Positions 18,416-28,171 of a stretch of DNA of 64,000 nucleotides are shown here, in pieces. How positions within the stretch are numbered: the stretch's first letter is position 1; every line of letters begins with the position of its first letter. The stretch covers positions 1,696,001 through 1,760,000 of the forward strand of contig CP084166.1 of NCBI GenBank assembly GCA_021513695.1, given 5' to 3'. The translations under genes were made by a program, and so were the position numbers. The DNA is from Candidatus Heimdallarchaeum aukensis. GTDB lineage: Archaea; Asgardarchaeota; Heimdallarchaeia; Heimdallarchaeales; Heimdallarchaeaceae. Under the pieces are notes generated by a model. That model had not been told where the DNA came from. It was given only the letters and a program-made list of their open reading frames with translations, and did no database searches.

Positions 18416-18997
18416 ATGCATAACATATTATTTATTACCCACAATAAACATAAATTCGAAGAAGCGTATGAAAAGGCTAAATTATTTAATATTAACTTGC
18501 AGTGGATTAACGTAGAGTACGAAGAAATTCAAGATGATAGTCTTGAAGAGATTGCTCGTTCAAGTTGTTTAAAAATCCTAGAACTTAGACCAGACTTAAA
18601 GGACAAATCTTTCTTCATTGAAGATGCTGGTTTGTTTATTGATTATCTGAAAGGTTTCCCTGGTCCTTATTCTTCATATGTATTCCGTACAATAGGTAAT
18701 CATGGCATTCTAAAATTGCTTTATGATGTTCCAGATAATAAACGTTCTGCTTTTTTTAAGTCAGTGATAGCTTATTACAACGCTGGACAAATTGAACTGT
18801 TCTCAGGGATAGCTCAAGGCAAAATAATCAAAGAATTAAGAGGAACACAGGGATTTGGTTTTGATCCTATTTTTATGCCAGTAGGGAGTAACAAAACTTT
18901 CGCTCAAATGAATAAAGAATCAAAGAATTTAAAAGGACACAGAGGAAAAAGTCTTCAAGAACTCTTCACGTCCCTATCAAACCGCCTTCGTCTCTAA
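18416..18997 (+). CDS. Non-canonical purine NTP pyrophosphatase (Ham1/ITPase/RdgB family)
   Basis: ILFITHNKHKFEEA..., FGFDPIFMPVGSNKTFAQM, KNLKGHRGKSLQEL family motifs. Confidence 0.85.
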   Translation: MHNILFITHNKHKFEEAYEKAKLFNINLQWINVEYEEIQDDSLEEIARSSCLKILELRPDLKDKSFFIEDAGLFIDYLKGFPGPYSSYVFRTIGNHGILKLLYDVPDNKRSAFFKSVIAYYNAGQIELFSGIAQGKIIKELRGTQGFGFDPIFMPVGSNKTFAQMNKESKNLKGHRGKSLQELFTSLSNRLRL

Positions 18998-19014
18998 AAG
19001 ATAGGTGATAAATT

Positions 19015-19467
19015 ATGGCAAGAATGCATGCAAGAACAAAAGGAAAAGCTGGATCTACAAGACCTTATCGTAATGAAGCTCCAGATTGGTTGGAATATGA
19101 TAAAGAATTTATCTTAAAGAAGATAGAAGAACTTAGAAGGCAAGGTTTACCATCTGCAATGATTGGTGTAATATTGAGAGATCAATATGGAGTTCCTTCA
19201 GTTAAAGAAGTGTTAGGAAAAAAACTCGTTAAAATCTTAGAAGAAAAAGATTTGAAACCAAAGTATCCTGAAGATTTAACCGCACTAGTACGTAAAGCTG
19301 TTAACATCCGAAGGCATTTGGAAGAAAATCCAAAGGACTTACATAATCGTAGAGGACTTATGTTAGTCGAATCTAAGATTAGACGATTAGTTAAATACTA
19401 CAAGAGAAAAGGTGTATTTCCACCAAACTTCAAATATCAGCCAGATAAAGCTGGGTTATTGCTTTAG
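19015..19467 (+). CDS. rps15: 30S ribosomal protein S15 (eukaryotic S13e-type)
   Basis: [20 protein letters not shown]-terminus and S15 C-terminal fold region. Confidence 0.9.
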   Translation: MARMHARTKGKAGSTRPYRNEAPDWLEYDKEFILKKIEELRRQGLPSAMIGVILRDQYGVPSVKEVLGKKLVKILEEKDLKPKYPEDLTALVRKAVNIRRHLEENPKDLHNRRGLMLVESKIRRLVKYYKRKGVFPPNFKYQPDKAGLLL

Positions 19468-19521
19468 GAACCAATTTTTCCTTTCGATAGTCTTTTATTT
19501 TTCTTTTTTTATGTTCAATAA

Positions 19522-20976
19522 GTGGAAAAGATGAGTGAAGAGGTCACTGAAGAGATTTATACAAACTTAAAAAATATGGCAAAAGAATTTTCATCTCTAA
19601 TCCAAAATACTCTTGGAACACATTTAATTTTAACAAATCCTACAATTGATGGGTTGTGTTCGTCATCAATTATATTTGACTTGTTATCAGATAAAAAAAG
19701 CGGAGTGCAAGTTTCTTTTAAAAAAACAACACGAAATTTACAGAAACTAAAAGAAAAAAAATTTGATAATATTTGGCTTATAAATTTTAAACTAACAAAA
19801 GAAGATATTGAGGTATTGAAAGAGAGCAATAAAACAATTTTTATTATAAATTATAGGATGAATAAAGAAGTTTTTTCAATGTTCAATAAGAATGAAATGA
19901 TGCATGTCTTATCTTCAGTGTCTCTAAATTTAAATGAAAGATTCCTTACTTCATCAGGGTTATTATATTTTGTAGCAAAAGCATATAAAGAGGACTATTA
20001 TAAATATGGAATTCAAGCTCTTTTAGGTGCTCTAGCTGAAGGGCAGATAGAAACATCAAATCAAGAGTTTATGGGTTTTAACAGATTTATTCTTAATGAA
20101 TTAATAGATGCAAATATTCTTTCTCTTGTTCATGGTACTAGAATAAGGGGTAGAGAAACAAAACCTATTCATTTAGCTCTTATGCACTCAATTGACCCAT
20201 ACTTTCCAGGTTTAACTGGAAATGAGGAAGCTTGTACTGCTTTCATTTCTAGAATTGGAATAACAATGAAAGATCAAAATAATGAATGGAGAAAAATAAG
20301 TGATCTCACAAAAAAAGAGATGCAAACATTAAATGATGCTTTAATTTCACTAATTGTTAGCGAAGGTAAAAATGTTAATGACATAAGTAAACTTATTGGA
20401 CCTATTTATGTTTTGAAAAATGAACAAAAAGAGACCTATACTAGAAACTTAGATGAGTTTTTACTCTTAATTGAGGGCGCTGTAAACCTTGAACTTTATG
20501 GTCTTGCTTTCGCTGTGCTATTAGGAAATAGAACATACCAATACAATCAAATTGTATATGAAATAGATAATTATTATGGAGAATCGAGCCAAATCATCGG
20601 TGAGATAGAGAATAATCAGATTACGTTAGAAGATAGAAAATATTTCACAGTAATCAAGGGGTTATCATCTCCAAACAACTATAATGTGTTGAAAAAACTT
20701 TGTCAAAGTGGAAAATTTGACCTTGATAAACCAATATTTTTCCTGTTTAAAAAACGAAAATACAGCGAAATCTTTGTTTACGAATCGTCTGTCCAAAAAA
20801 TCAAAGGATATCTAATATATCCTATCTTTGCAAAGTTAAAAGAAGAGAAAATTATAGAAGAAATTTCCGATAAAGATGACTTTTTTACCATAAAAATACT
20901 AAACGATTCCTTAGATAAAGCTTATTCTGAAATTGAGAATAAAATGGATTATCACTATCACGGAGAAAAGCAATGA
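19522..20976 (+). CDS. DHH-superfamily-like protein with degenerate catalytic motifs (inactivated RecJ/Cdc45-like candidate)
   Basis: N-terminal HLILTNPTIDGLCSSSII resembles DHH motif I, but Asp/His positions are substituted. The DHH motif III position is NYR. 484 aa. Located directly after rps15. Confidence 0.35.
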   Translation: MEKMSEEVTEEIYTNLKNMAKEFSSLIQNTLGTHLILTNPTIDGLCSSSIIFDLLSDKKSGVQVSFKKTTRNLQKLKEKKFDNIWLINFKLTKEDIEVLKESNKTIFIINYRMNKEVFSMFNKNEMMHVLSSVSLNLNERFLTSSGLLYFVAKAYKEDYYKYGIQALLGALAEGQIETSNQEFMGFNRFILNELIDANILSLVHGTRIRGRETKPIHLALMHSIDPYFPGLTGNEEACTAFISRIGITMKDQNNEWRKISDLTKKEMQTLNDALISLIVSEGKNVNDISKLIGPIYVLKNEQKETYTRNLDEFLLLIEGAVNLELYGLAFAVLLGNRTYQYNQIVYEIDNYYGESSQIIGEIENNQITLEDRKYFTVIKGLSSPNNYNVLKKLCQSGKFDLDKPIFFLFKKRKYSEIFVYESSVQKIKGYLIYPIFAKLKEEKIIEEISDKDDFFTIKILNDSLDKAYSEIENKMDYHYHGEKQ

Positions 20977-21025
20977 TGCCATTGACACTAAATATAAACT
21001 GATTATCCAATGGAGGATATTATAT

Positions 21026-21292
21026 ATGAAAAAAGTAAATAAAACAAAAACAAAGATCACCATAATTTGTAAAGATTCTCAAACTGCAAAAATAATAAAA
21101 GAGTGTTTAGAACCAGAAAACGATATTTTAGGCAATCGAACTCAAATTACATCGATTCTGAGAGAGAATAATTTAGAGATAACTATTAATTCTACAGCTT
21201 CAATTTCGTCCTTAAGAAATACTATAGATGATATTTTTCATACTATAAGATTAACAGAGAGTGTTTTATTAAAGACAGAACGAGAGGCATAA
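21026..21292 (+). CDS. pcc1: KEOPS complex subunit Pcc1
   Basis: ~88 aa: ITIICKDSQTAKIIKECLEPEN...LEITINSTASISSLRNTIDDIFHTIRL matches the Pcc1 beta-alpha pattern. The ORF-track start at 20933 is likely spurious upstream extension; the ATG at 21026 is preferred. Confidence 0.55.
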   Translation: MKKVNKTKTKITIICKDSQTAKIIKECLEPENDILGNRTQITSILRENNLEITINSTASISSLRNTIDDIFHTIRLTESVLLKTEREA

Positions 21293-21391
21293 AAGATTTG
21301 TAAGCATTCACAAGCTTTAAAATACCTTGCTCTGAATTGAAAATGTTCAGAAAATAGTGAGGAAAATCTGAAGTAATAGGAAGGTACAGCG

Positions 21392-22027
21392 ATGTCATCA
21401 AGTAGTAGACGTAAAAGAGCACAAAGAAAAGTCGTTGATAAGTTTAAATTAAAATCTTGGTATCAAGTACAAGCAGCGCCATATATCACAGATCAGGTTT
21501 TAGGAGAAACCATAGCAGATGATCCACAAAAACTATATGGCCGAGTCATTGAAATGGCTAAATTGGGGATACTAGATGATATTATTGCAGATTTAAATTT
21601 AAAGGTTAGATTCAAAATTGTTAATGTCGAAGGTACAGTCTGTAGGACAGAATTTGTTGGACACGAAATCTCTAAAGAACAAATTCGTTCTCTTATCAGG
21701 AGAAATCGTAGTAGAGTAGAAAGCATACAAAATGTTACTACAAAAGACAAAGCTAAACTCAGGATTAGTACCATTATTGTTACTCCAATGAGATGTGGAA
21801 CAAGCACACAAAAAGTAATAAGAAAAGCAATACAAGAGTATATTGATAAGAAAGCTAAAGAAGAAACTTTTCAAACATTTGCTTTAAACTTAGTAAATAG
21901 AAGCATAGCTTCAGAAGTTGAAGCAATTGTAAATAAGATTTATCCAACTATTCTTGTAGAAATTAGAAAAAGCAAGGTATTAGCTTTTCCAGGTGGAAAA
22001 ACATTAGATAAGATTATTTCCGCCTAG
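21392..22027 (+). CDS. rps3ae: 30S ribosomal protein S3Ae (S1e)
   Basis: RKVVDKFKLKSWYQVQAAPYI.. and overall S3Ae length and composition. Confidence 0.9.
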   Translation: MSSSSRRKRAQRKVVDKFKLKSWYQVQAAPYITDQVLGETIADDPQKLYGRVIEMAKLGILDDIIADLNLKVRFKIVNVEGTVCRTEFVGHEISKEQIRSLIRRNRSRVESIQNVTTKDKAKLRISTIIVTPMRCGTSTQKVIRKAIQEYIDKKAKEETFQTFALNLVNRSIASEVEAIVNKIYPTILVEIRKSKVLAFPGGKTLDKIISA

Positions 22028-22170
22028 TTTTATATTTATTTATTATTTTGTTTCTTTTTCATTAAGTTAATTTTTATTCAACTGACTTTTCTAAATAAAT
22101 CAGTAATGTCAACTTTTAAAAATAAACTTGTATCATCTGACAATAGTAAAGGAAAAGGTGAATACTAACT

Positions 22171-22566
22171 TTGTCCCAAGCACTAGAATTCAAATTAAAT
22201 ATTGGAGATAAAAAGGGTAAAGCTTATGTTAAAATTGTCAAAGAAGAACAGGCTAATGCATTAATTGGTTATAAAATCGGACAAACAGTTCAAGGAAGCC
22301 TTATTGGATTAGAGGACTGGACTTTTATTATAACTGGTGGAAGTGATAGATCAGGGTTCCCCATGAGAAAAAGTGTAGATGGTCCTGGAAGAAAAAAACA
22401 TCTTCTACGTGGTGGTGTAGGATATCACCCTCCTCGTAAAGGAAGAAGAGCTCGAAAGAGTGTTCGAGGAAATACAATTTCAGAAGCAATTTACCAAATT
22501 AACCTTAAGGTGGAAAAAGAAGGGAAAAAGCCTTTAGAAGAGCTTATAGGTGAAACCTCTTCATAA
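22171..22566 (+). CDS. rps6e: 30S ribosomal protein S6e
   Basis: ITGGSDRSGFPMRKSVDGPGRKKHLLRGGVGYHPPRKGRRARKSVRG, canonical S6e. TTG start in the track. Confidence 0.85.
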   Translation: MSQALEFKLNIGDKKGKAYVKIVKEEQANALIGYKIGQTVQGSLIGLEDWTFIITGGSDRSGFPMRKSVDGPGRKKHLLRGGVGYHPPRKGRRARKSVRGNTISEAIYQINLKVEKEGKKPLEELIGETSS

Positions 22567-22645
22567 TTTTTACCGAAACACTATTTTAATTACAATTTTT
22601 TAGTTCTGAAAAAACTTATATTTTTACAAAAATTTGAGCTAAATA

Positions 22646-23128
22646 ATGAAAAAAAGAGATTCTTGGAATGAATATTTCTTAAAAATCGCTGACTTAGTAT
22701 CAACGAGATCTACGTCTCCTCATAGAAGGGTAGGTGCAGTACTAGTTAAAGACACACGGATTATCGCCACAGGTTATAACGGTACCCCAAGGGGTTTTCC
22801 ACATGAAATAGACACGGGCTGCCCTCGTGAAGAATTAAAACGTCAAGGAAAAATTAAATCAGGAGAGAGATATGAACTTTGTTCAGAAGTGCATGCAGAA
22901 ATAAATGCAATTATCCAATGCGCATTATATGGAGTATCATGTGAAAATGCAACTTTATATTGCTCTACTGTTCCTTGTAAACTTTGTGCTCGTGCATTAG
23001 TGAATGCAAAAATAAAGGAAGTTTTTGTTTTAGAGGATAACATGGGGGTAGACGGTCGAGACATTCTAAAAACAGCTAATATCCCAGTATATGTTTTAGA
23101 AAAAGAAAAGTTTAAGCAACTTGTTTAA
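22646..23128 (+). CDS. dCMP deaminase (cytidine/deoxycytidylate deaminase family)
   Basis: HAEINAI zinc-binding motif and PCKLCARAL second motif. Confidence 0.85.
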   Translation: MKKRDSWNEYFLKIADLVSTRSTSPHRRVGAVLVKDTRIIATGYNGTPRGFPHEIDTGCPREELKRQGKIKSGERYELCSEVHAEINAIIQCALYGVSCENATLYCSTVPCKLCARALVNAKIKEVFVLEDNMGVDGRDILKTANIPVYVLEKEKFKQLV

Positions 23129-23142
23129 ATGAAGTTAAACAC

Positions 23143-23469
23143 TTATTCAATTGCACTTTTTGCTTTTTTTATTGTTCCTGAAATATAAACGGGGAATATT
23201 ATTACTGGAATAGAATTAATTTCGTTAATCAAGGCCATTGTTATAAGAGTGTTTTTAAGTGATTTTTGAGTACAACGCAACAATCCTTTTCCATCTTGTT
23301 CTCTATATTCTTCAAAAAAAAGACCAGCTTCAGTTGTTTTAGTAATTCCAAACAAGAGCTGATATTTTTGCCAAAATATCCTCTTAATGTCAGATAACTT
23401 TAATACTTCTTTTGCAATGGTTTTATAAACAATGTATCTGTCACGTATATTATCAATCATTTTTCTCAC
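23143..23469 (-). CDS. rnp2: RNase P protein component 2 (Pop5/Rnp2 family) candidate
   Basis: 108 aa. RDRYIVYKTIAKEV...LLFG...AGLFFEE...GKGLLRC..., ends with IFPVYISGTIKK (Pop5-like SGTI tail). Overlaps and is co-directional with the rpp30 candidate. Confidence 0.5.
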   Translation of the reverse strand: MRKMIDNIRDRYIVYKTIAKEVLKLSDIKRIFWQKYQLLFGITKTTEAGLFFEEYREQDGKGLLRCTQKSLKNTLITMALINEINSIPVIIFPVYISGTIKKAKSAIE

Positions 23470-24301
23470 CTACTATTTCAACCCCATCAAAAACATATTT
23501 TTCACTTAGTCTAGTTAAGTTTGAAATAAGAATTGTTAATTGTTCATTAAAAACTGCATTTTTTGATTTATTAAAGGGTATTCCAATTAATTCTCCAAGA
23601 TAGCGTAATTGTTGCGATGTTCTTAGATGATAAGGTGTCATTGGTCTAACTGTAAGAATAAACTTATTTTTTTTGGCTATCAAATTTGTAATTTTTTTTG
23701 CTGAACGTATAGTCAAACTTAATTGTTTTGTATCGTTAGATTGAATTAAATGGTCTAAACATAATTCAAAGGTCATATTATGTTGTTTCGCTAGCGATAT
23801 CAGTCCTTCATCAACTGCTTTTTTATTGGAAATATCTATCGTCAAATAGTCGACTCTTCGATCATGGGTAGCCCACTTCGCTACCTCCAAATTATTACAA
23901 AAAACACTAATAATTTCAAACTTTTTTCGATATTTATTTAGTTCATTTTTTAAATTAACTATAGACTCTCCTCTCAAAGTTTTTCTAGAGAAAAGGAAAG
24001 TAGTATTTGGGGAGTTTCTTATTTCTTTAACAGCGCATTTTATTCTATCGTCATCTGTTTCACATTCTTGAATTTGTGAGAATATTGATGAGATGGCTTT
24101 TACTTTTTCACGTGAATCTTTTATTTTCTCTTGTATAAACTGATCAATCTTTTTTCTCTCATAATTTTCTATGCCCAAGAGCTTAATACCTAGTTTTTTA
24201 GAAAAAACAATGAATTCTAGCAATCTATCGTTATCTTTTACCTCAATAAAATTTTCACATGATAGAATTGAGAGTTTATTTTTTGTCTCACCAATTAACA
24301 T
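23453..24301 (-). CDS. rnp3: RNase P protein component 3 (Rpp30/Rnp3, TIM-barrel) candidate
   Basis: 282 aa. Region WATHDRRVDYLTIDISNKKAVDEGLISLAKQHNMTFELCLDHLI resembles the Rpp30 core. Classical Pop5-Rpp30 pairing. Confidence 0.45.
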   Translation of the reverse strand: MLIGETKNKLSILSCENFIEVKDNDRLLEFIVFSKKLGIKLLGIENYERKKIDQFIQEKIKDSREKVKAISSIFSQIQECETDDDRIKCAVKEIRNSPNTTFLFSRKTLRGESIVNLKNELNKYRKKFEIISVFCNNLEVAKWATHDRRVDYLTIDISNKKAVDEGLISLAKQHNMTFELCLDHLIQSNDTKQLSLTIRSAKKITNLIAKKNKFILTVRPMTPYHLRTSQQLRYLGELIGIPFNKSKNAVFNEQLTILISNLTRLSEKYVFDGVEIVGEKND

Positions 24302-24462
24302 TTTTTCATAACCATATAATCAAAAACTTCAGAATTCAAAAACGTTTTTTTAGACTAAAATTCAAAAAAAATAAGCCAACCTAAATAGCTAACCAATTAA
24401 TTTATAAGTAGTATATTGATTTCCATCAAGAAGTAACCTCAATTAAGAATGGTGATATAAAT

Positions 24463-24927
24463 ATGAGTATTTATCAAACATTTTGGAAAGATAAAAGAAA
24501 TCGTACTGCACTAGTATCCTCTATTATAGCTATTGCAATGCTCATTTTAGTCATTTTCCTAGCATCTTTAAAGCAGGACTTTGTCCCTGATTGGTTAAAG
24601 TGGATGTATACACCTGGAGAATATAATATTGGTTTGACAATTATTACTTTTGTTTGCTTGGCAATCCTTTATTTATTTACATTAATAGCCATTGCAACAA
24701 TAAATGAAATAAGAGCAAACCTACCAGGTTGGGGAAGTATCATTTTAAGTACGATTATTACATTTCTCATTGGAATAATGGCCACATTCATAAAACCTGA
24801 AGAAGCAGAAAAATACTGGAATTATACAGCAGGAATGAGATGGACAATTTTTGGTTCTTTGTTTGCATTTGTAATTTTAAGCGTAGTTTACTTGTTTTTC
24901 ACAGAAACCCCAGAAGAAACAAACTAA
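24463..24927 (+). CDS. Hypothetical 4-TM membrane protein
   Basis: Four hydrophobic helices. No recognised family. Confidence 0.4.
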   Translation: MSIYQTFWKDKRNRTALVSSIIAIAMLILVIFLASLKQDFVPDWLKWMYTPGEYNIGLTIITFVCLAILYLFTLIAIATINEIRANLPGWGSIILSTIITFLIGIMATFIKPEEAEKYWNYTAGMRWTIFGSLFAFVILSVVYLFFTETPEETN

Positions 24928-25038
24928 CATTTTTCTTATTTTTTTGTCGCTTATTATTATTAAATCAGAATTTAGTATCATTTTTCATTAAATAATTACT
25001 CATTAAAAAAATAAACTTCAGGCGTTTATTTATGGAGG

Positions 25039-25464
25039 TTAAGCGTTTACTTCACTTAATACTATTTCTTTTATTTCTGGAATCTCTTTTAATATAAGTT
25101 TAATTTCTTCAGCTGTTTTGCTTAAATCTTTCTTCTGGAAAAACCCTTCCCAAAGACACTTATTCTCCATAAGGCATAAGCCAGTGCTATAAATAACTTT
25201 ACTTGCAAATTCTGAGATTTTAGTCATGACCTTTGCTACAATCTCTGGTGTGAGTGGATATATCGAAATGGATAGTCTAAGTATTGAACTAGTTACAGGG
25301 AAAAAGTATAATGCTCTTGCATTTTTTGCATATATACTTAAGATTGGTCCATCTTTAGTCATTTTAGATAGTTCTTCTTTTATATCCTCTGAAATTTCAA
25401 CATCCATCGCATTCTCGTAAACTTTTGAATATGTCAACATAGATGTTTTGTTCATAGAAATCAC
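25039..25464 (-). CDS. Hypothetical protein
   Basis: 141 aa, mixed alpha/beta. No motif recognised. Confidence 0.3.
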   Translation of the reverse strand: MISMNKTSMLTYSKVYENAMDVEISEDIKEELSKMTKDGPILSIYAKNARALYFFPVTSSILRLSISIYPLTPEIVAKVMTKISEFASKVIYSTGLCLMENKCLWEGFFQKKDLSKTAEEIKLILKEIPEIKEIVLSEVNA

Positions 25465-25639
25465 TTTTTAGATATTCAAGCTAACATAACATGAACTAGT
25501 TATTAACTTTAATGCTGTTAAAAACTATTAATTTCCATATATTAGTTTTTCTTTTTTTTTAATGAAATCTTTTTTTAATTCTTCTAGTATAATCACCCAA
25601 TTGTTTAAAAATAATTTTGAAAGAAGTAATACGGTTAAA

Positions 25640-26854
25640 ATGAATTTCGCTATAATTAATGGAGTAATATATACTGTCAATAAAAAAAATGCAGTTATTA
25701 AAAATGGTACAATTCTTGTAAAAGACGGTAAAATAGAAAAAATATCTCCTGAAATAATAAAGCCAGAAGGATATGAAGTAATTGATGCCGCAGGAGGACA
25801 CATTCTTCCTGGTTTCATTGATTCTCACACTCATCAAGGGCTATTTGATGGTTCTGTAGGTTGGGCTGGTTTTGATGGAAATGAAATGACTGACCCTGCA
25901 ACGCCTTATGTAAGAGCTATTGATGCTATTAATCCTGAGGATCCAGCATTAGTTGAAGCAAGAATTGGTGGAGTTACCACTATTCAAACAGGTCCAGGAT
26001 CAGGAAATGTAATAGGGGGAACGGATACTATTATTAAAACTTGGTCTGAAAGCAAAATAATAGATGATATGATATTAAAGGAACCATCGTGTTTAAAGTC
26101 AGCCCTAGGTGAAAACCCAAAAAGAGTCTATGGGACAGATAAGAAACTTCCTTCAACAAGAATGGGAAATGCTGCAGTATTTAGAAAAGCTTTTGTTGAA
26201 GCTCAAAACTATGCTAAAAAATGGGAAGAATATGAAACAAAGAAGAAGCTTGCTCTTGAAAAAGGAGATAAGGACAAAATACCTTCTGAACCTGAACGAG
26301 ACATAGGCAAAGAGGTACTTGTGAAAGTATTACGTAAAGAAATTCCTTTAAACATGCATTGCCATCAAGCAAACGATATTGTCACAGCAATTAGGTTAGC
26401 TGAAGAATTTGATATAAACCTTGTCTTAATTCACGCTACTGAAGGACATAAGATTGCAGATTACATTGCAAAGAAAGGAGTATCAGCTTCTGTCGGACCT
26501 TCATTAGTGGGTTTTGAGAAAGTAGAACTTAGAGATATAACATTTAAAACACCAGCTATTCTTTGGAAAGCTGGAGTAAAAATTTCAATACAAAGTGATT
26601 CATTTACAAGACTATGCTATTTTCCGATTTTGCCATGTATGGCTATAAAAGAAGGATTACCAGTGGATGAAGCATTAAGAGCTGTTACAATAAATGCTGC
26701 AGAGATGATAGGTGTTAGTGATCGAATTGGTAGTTTAGAGGAAGGAAAAGATGCTGACCTTGTAATTTGGTCTGATCATCCTCTAAAGAATTTCTATGCT
26801 CAAAACAAACTTACCATGATTAATGGAAGTATAGCCTACAAAAAAGAAGAGTAA
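25640..26854 (+). CDS. Amidohydrolase family metal-dependent hydrolase
   Basis: ILPGFIDSHTHQGLFDG HxH metal-binding motif. ~400 aa TIM-barrel hydrolase pattern. Start taken at the internal ATG (MNFAIINGVIYTV) rather than the ORF-track 25562. Confidence 0.75.
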   Translation: MNFAIINGVIYTVNKKNAVIKNGTILVKDGKIEKISPEIIKPEGYEVIDAAGGHILPGFIDSHTHQGLFDGSVGWAGFDGNEMTDPATPYVRAIDAINPEDPALVEARIGGVTTIQTGPGSGNVIGGTDTIIKTWSESKIIDDMILKEPSCLKSALGENPKRVYGTDKKLPSTRMGNAAVFRKAFVEAQNYAKKWEEYETKKKLALEKGDKDKIPSEPERDIGKEVLVKVLRKEIPLNMHCHQANDIVTAIRLAEEFDINLVLIHATEGHKIADYIAKKGVSASVGPSLVGFEKVELRDITFKTPAILWKAGVKISIQSDSFTRLCYFPILPCMAIKEGLPVDEALRAVTINAAEMIGVSDRIGSLEEGKDADLVIWSDHPLKNFYAQNKLTMINGSIAYKKEE

Positions 26855-26861
26855 GTATTAA

Positions 26862-27215
26862 TTAAGCTCGTTCATAATAACCTGGAGTTCTATGAGGACC
26901 AAAAGATTCTAGTCCCTCTTCTTTCAATTGCAACAATAACTCCTCTTTCTCTTTTTCTGATATTTCATTTCTTTTAAACAAAAAATTAATTATCTCTATT
27001 GCCTCATCAACTGTCTTGCATCGACATATAAAATCTACAACTCCTGGCTCATAACCTCTGAATTTTCTTATTTTTTTTGTTCCTTTGCTTGTTCTTGCCT
27101 CGTGTTCAGCTAGAATCTGTTCACTTTCTTTTAGTTCTCTATAAATTGCTGGAAAAAATTCTTTGATGTTTTCCTCCAAATCTCCAGAGTTAGCTTTTTT
27201 TTGCTTATCTTCCAT
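26862..27215 (-). CDS. Hypothetical conserved protein
   Basis: 117 aa, charged, with CRCK and FGPHRTPGYYER C-terminal motif. Family not recognised. Confidence 0.3.
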   Translation of the reverse strand: MEDKQKKANSGDLEENIKEFFPAIYRELKESEQILAEHEARTSKGTKKIRKFRGYEPGVVDFICRCKTVDEAIEIINFLFKRNEISEKEKEELLLQLKEEGLESFGPHRTPGYYERA

Positions 27216-27311
27216 AATTAAAGATAAAATTTACTAATTAAAAGACTTATGATTTATAATTTTGAAGTTTAATTTCTAATATTGACGATTTAAACTTTGT
27301 TTTTTTGAAAC

Positions 27312-28112
27312 TTAATTAACAGTGAGATCTACTGCAATATGCGCGATATTTGGCGATAAAGAGCGTATTTTTCTTGTAAATTGTATACTAATTTTATTTG
27401 TTAAGCTATTTTCTCTAACTACCTTCTCCAATCTTTCTTTAGCAATCTTTTCAATATCATTTTTATTTTCCTTTTTTCCTATATATCCAGAAATTTGCCA
27501 GTGTATAGTCCCCTTTTCATCAGACAAAGCTTTTATTGCTAACGAAAGAGCTCTGTCAGCGAGCATTGGAAGAGGTAAAATTATTCTATCAGCATAATTG
27601 ATAAATTGTTTTTTCACTATTTCAAAAGCATCTCCTAAGTAAGGAATTACATTATTTTTACATTTATTAGCTTCAATATTTTTGATCATATACTGATAAG
27701 CAACAGGATTTAACTCGATACTATGAATCACTGAAGAAGGCTTTTTTCTTGCTATGCAAATAGAAAAAGGTCCAACCCCTGAAAAAAAGTTTATTATTTT
27801 CTCATTTTCCTGCACCTTGCTTGCAATACGTTGCCTTTCAAAGCTTAGCCTAGGGGAGAAGAATACTTTTGCCGGATTGAGATAAAATTTGCAACCATAT
27901 TCTCTATGAATTGTATCAAATTTTTTTTCTCCCATAAAGTATCTTAAAGAGGGAACTCTTTCTTCATTGGAGACTTTATTAGTTTGCAAGAGAACTGTTC
28001 GTATATACTTTTTTTTTGATAATTGCTCTTCTGCAAATCTTTTTAAGTCTTTTAAATTCCCCTTTGACCTAATAATTAGTATATGACCTATTTGCTCAGA
28101 AATAACATTCAT
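27312..28112 (-). CDS. Trm5/TYW2-family class I SAM-dependent tRNA methyltransferase/aminocarboxypropyltransferase
   Basis: FFSGVGPFSICIA...IHSIELNP motif typical of Met-10+/Trm5/Taw2. Confidence 0.7.
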   Translation of the reverse strand: MNVISEQIGHILIIRSKGNLKDLKRFAEEQLSKKKYIRTVLLQTNKVSNEERVPSLRYFMGEKKFDTIHREYGCKFYLNPAKVFFSPRLSFERQRIASKVQENEKIINFFSGVGPFSICIARKKPSSVIHSIELNPVAYQYMIKNIEANKCKNNVIPYLGDAFEIVKKQFINYADRIILPLPMLADRALSLAIKALSDEKGTIHWQISGYIGKKENKNDIEKIAKERLEKVVRENSLTNKISIQFTRKIRSLSPNIAHIAVDLTVN

Positions 28113-28171
28113 AGTTTCTTGTAAAATGTATTACAGAATAGTTTAAAATCTTAATTGTATATTAACCAATA

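Noticed and set aside
20933-21025. Upstream extension of the Pcc1 ORF (ORF-track start at 20933, overlapping the end of the DHH-like gene)
   Set aside because: The first 31 codons overlap the preceding gene and lack similarity to Pcc1. The internal ATG at 21026 gives the canonical ~88-aa Pcc1.
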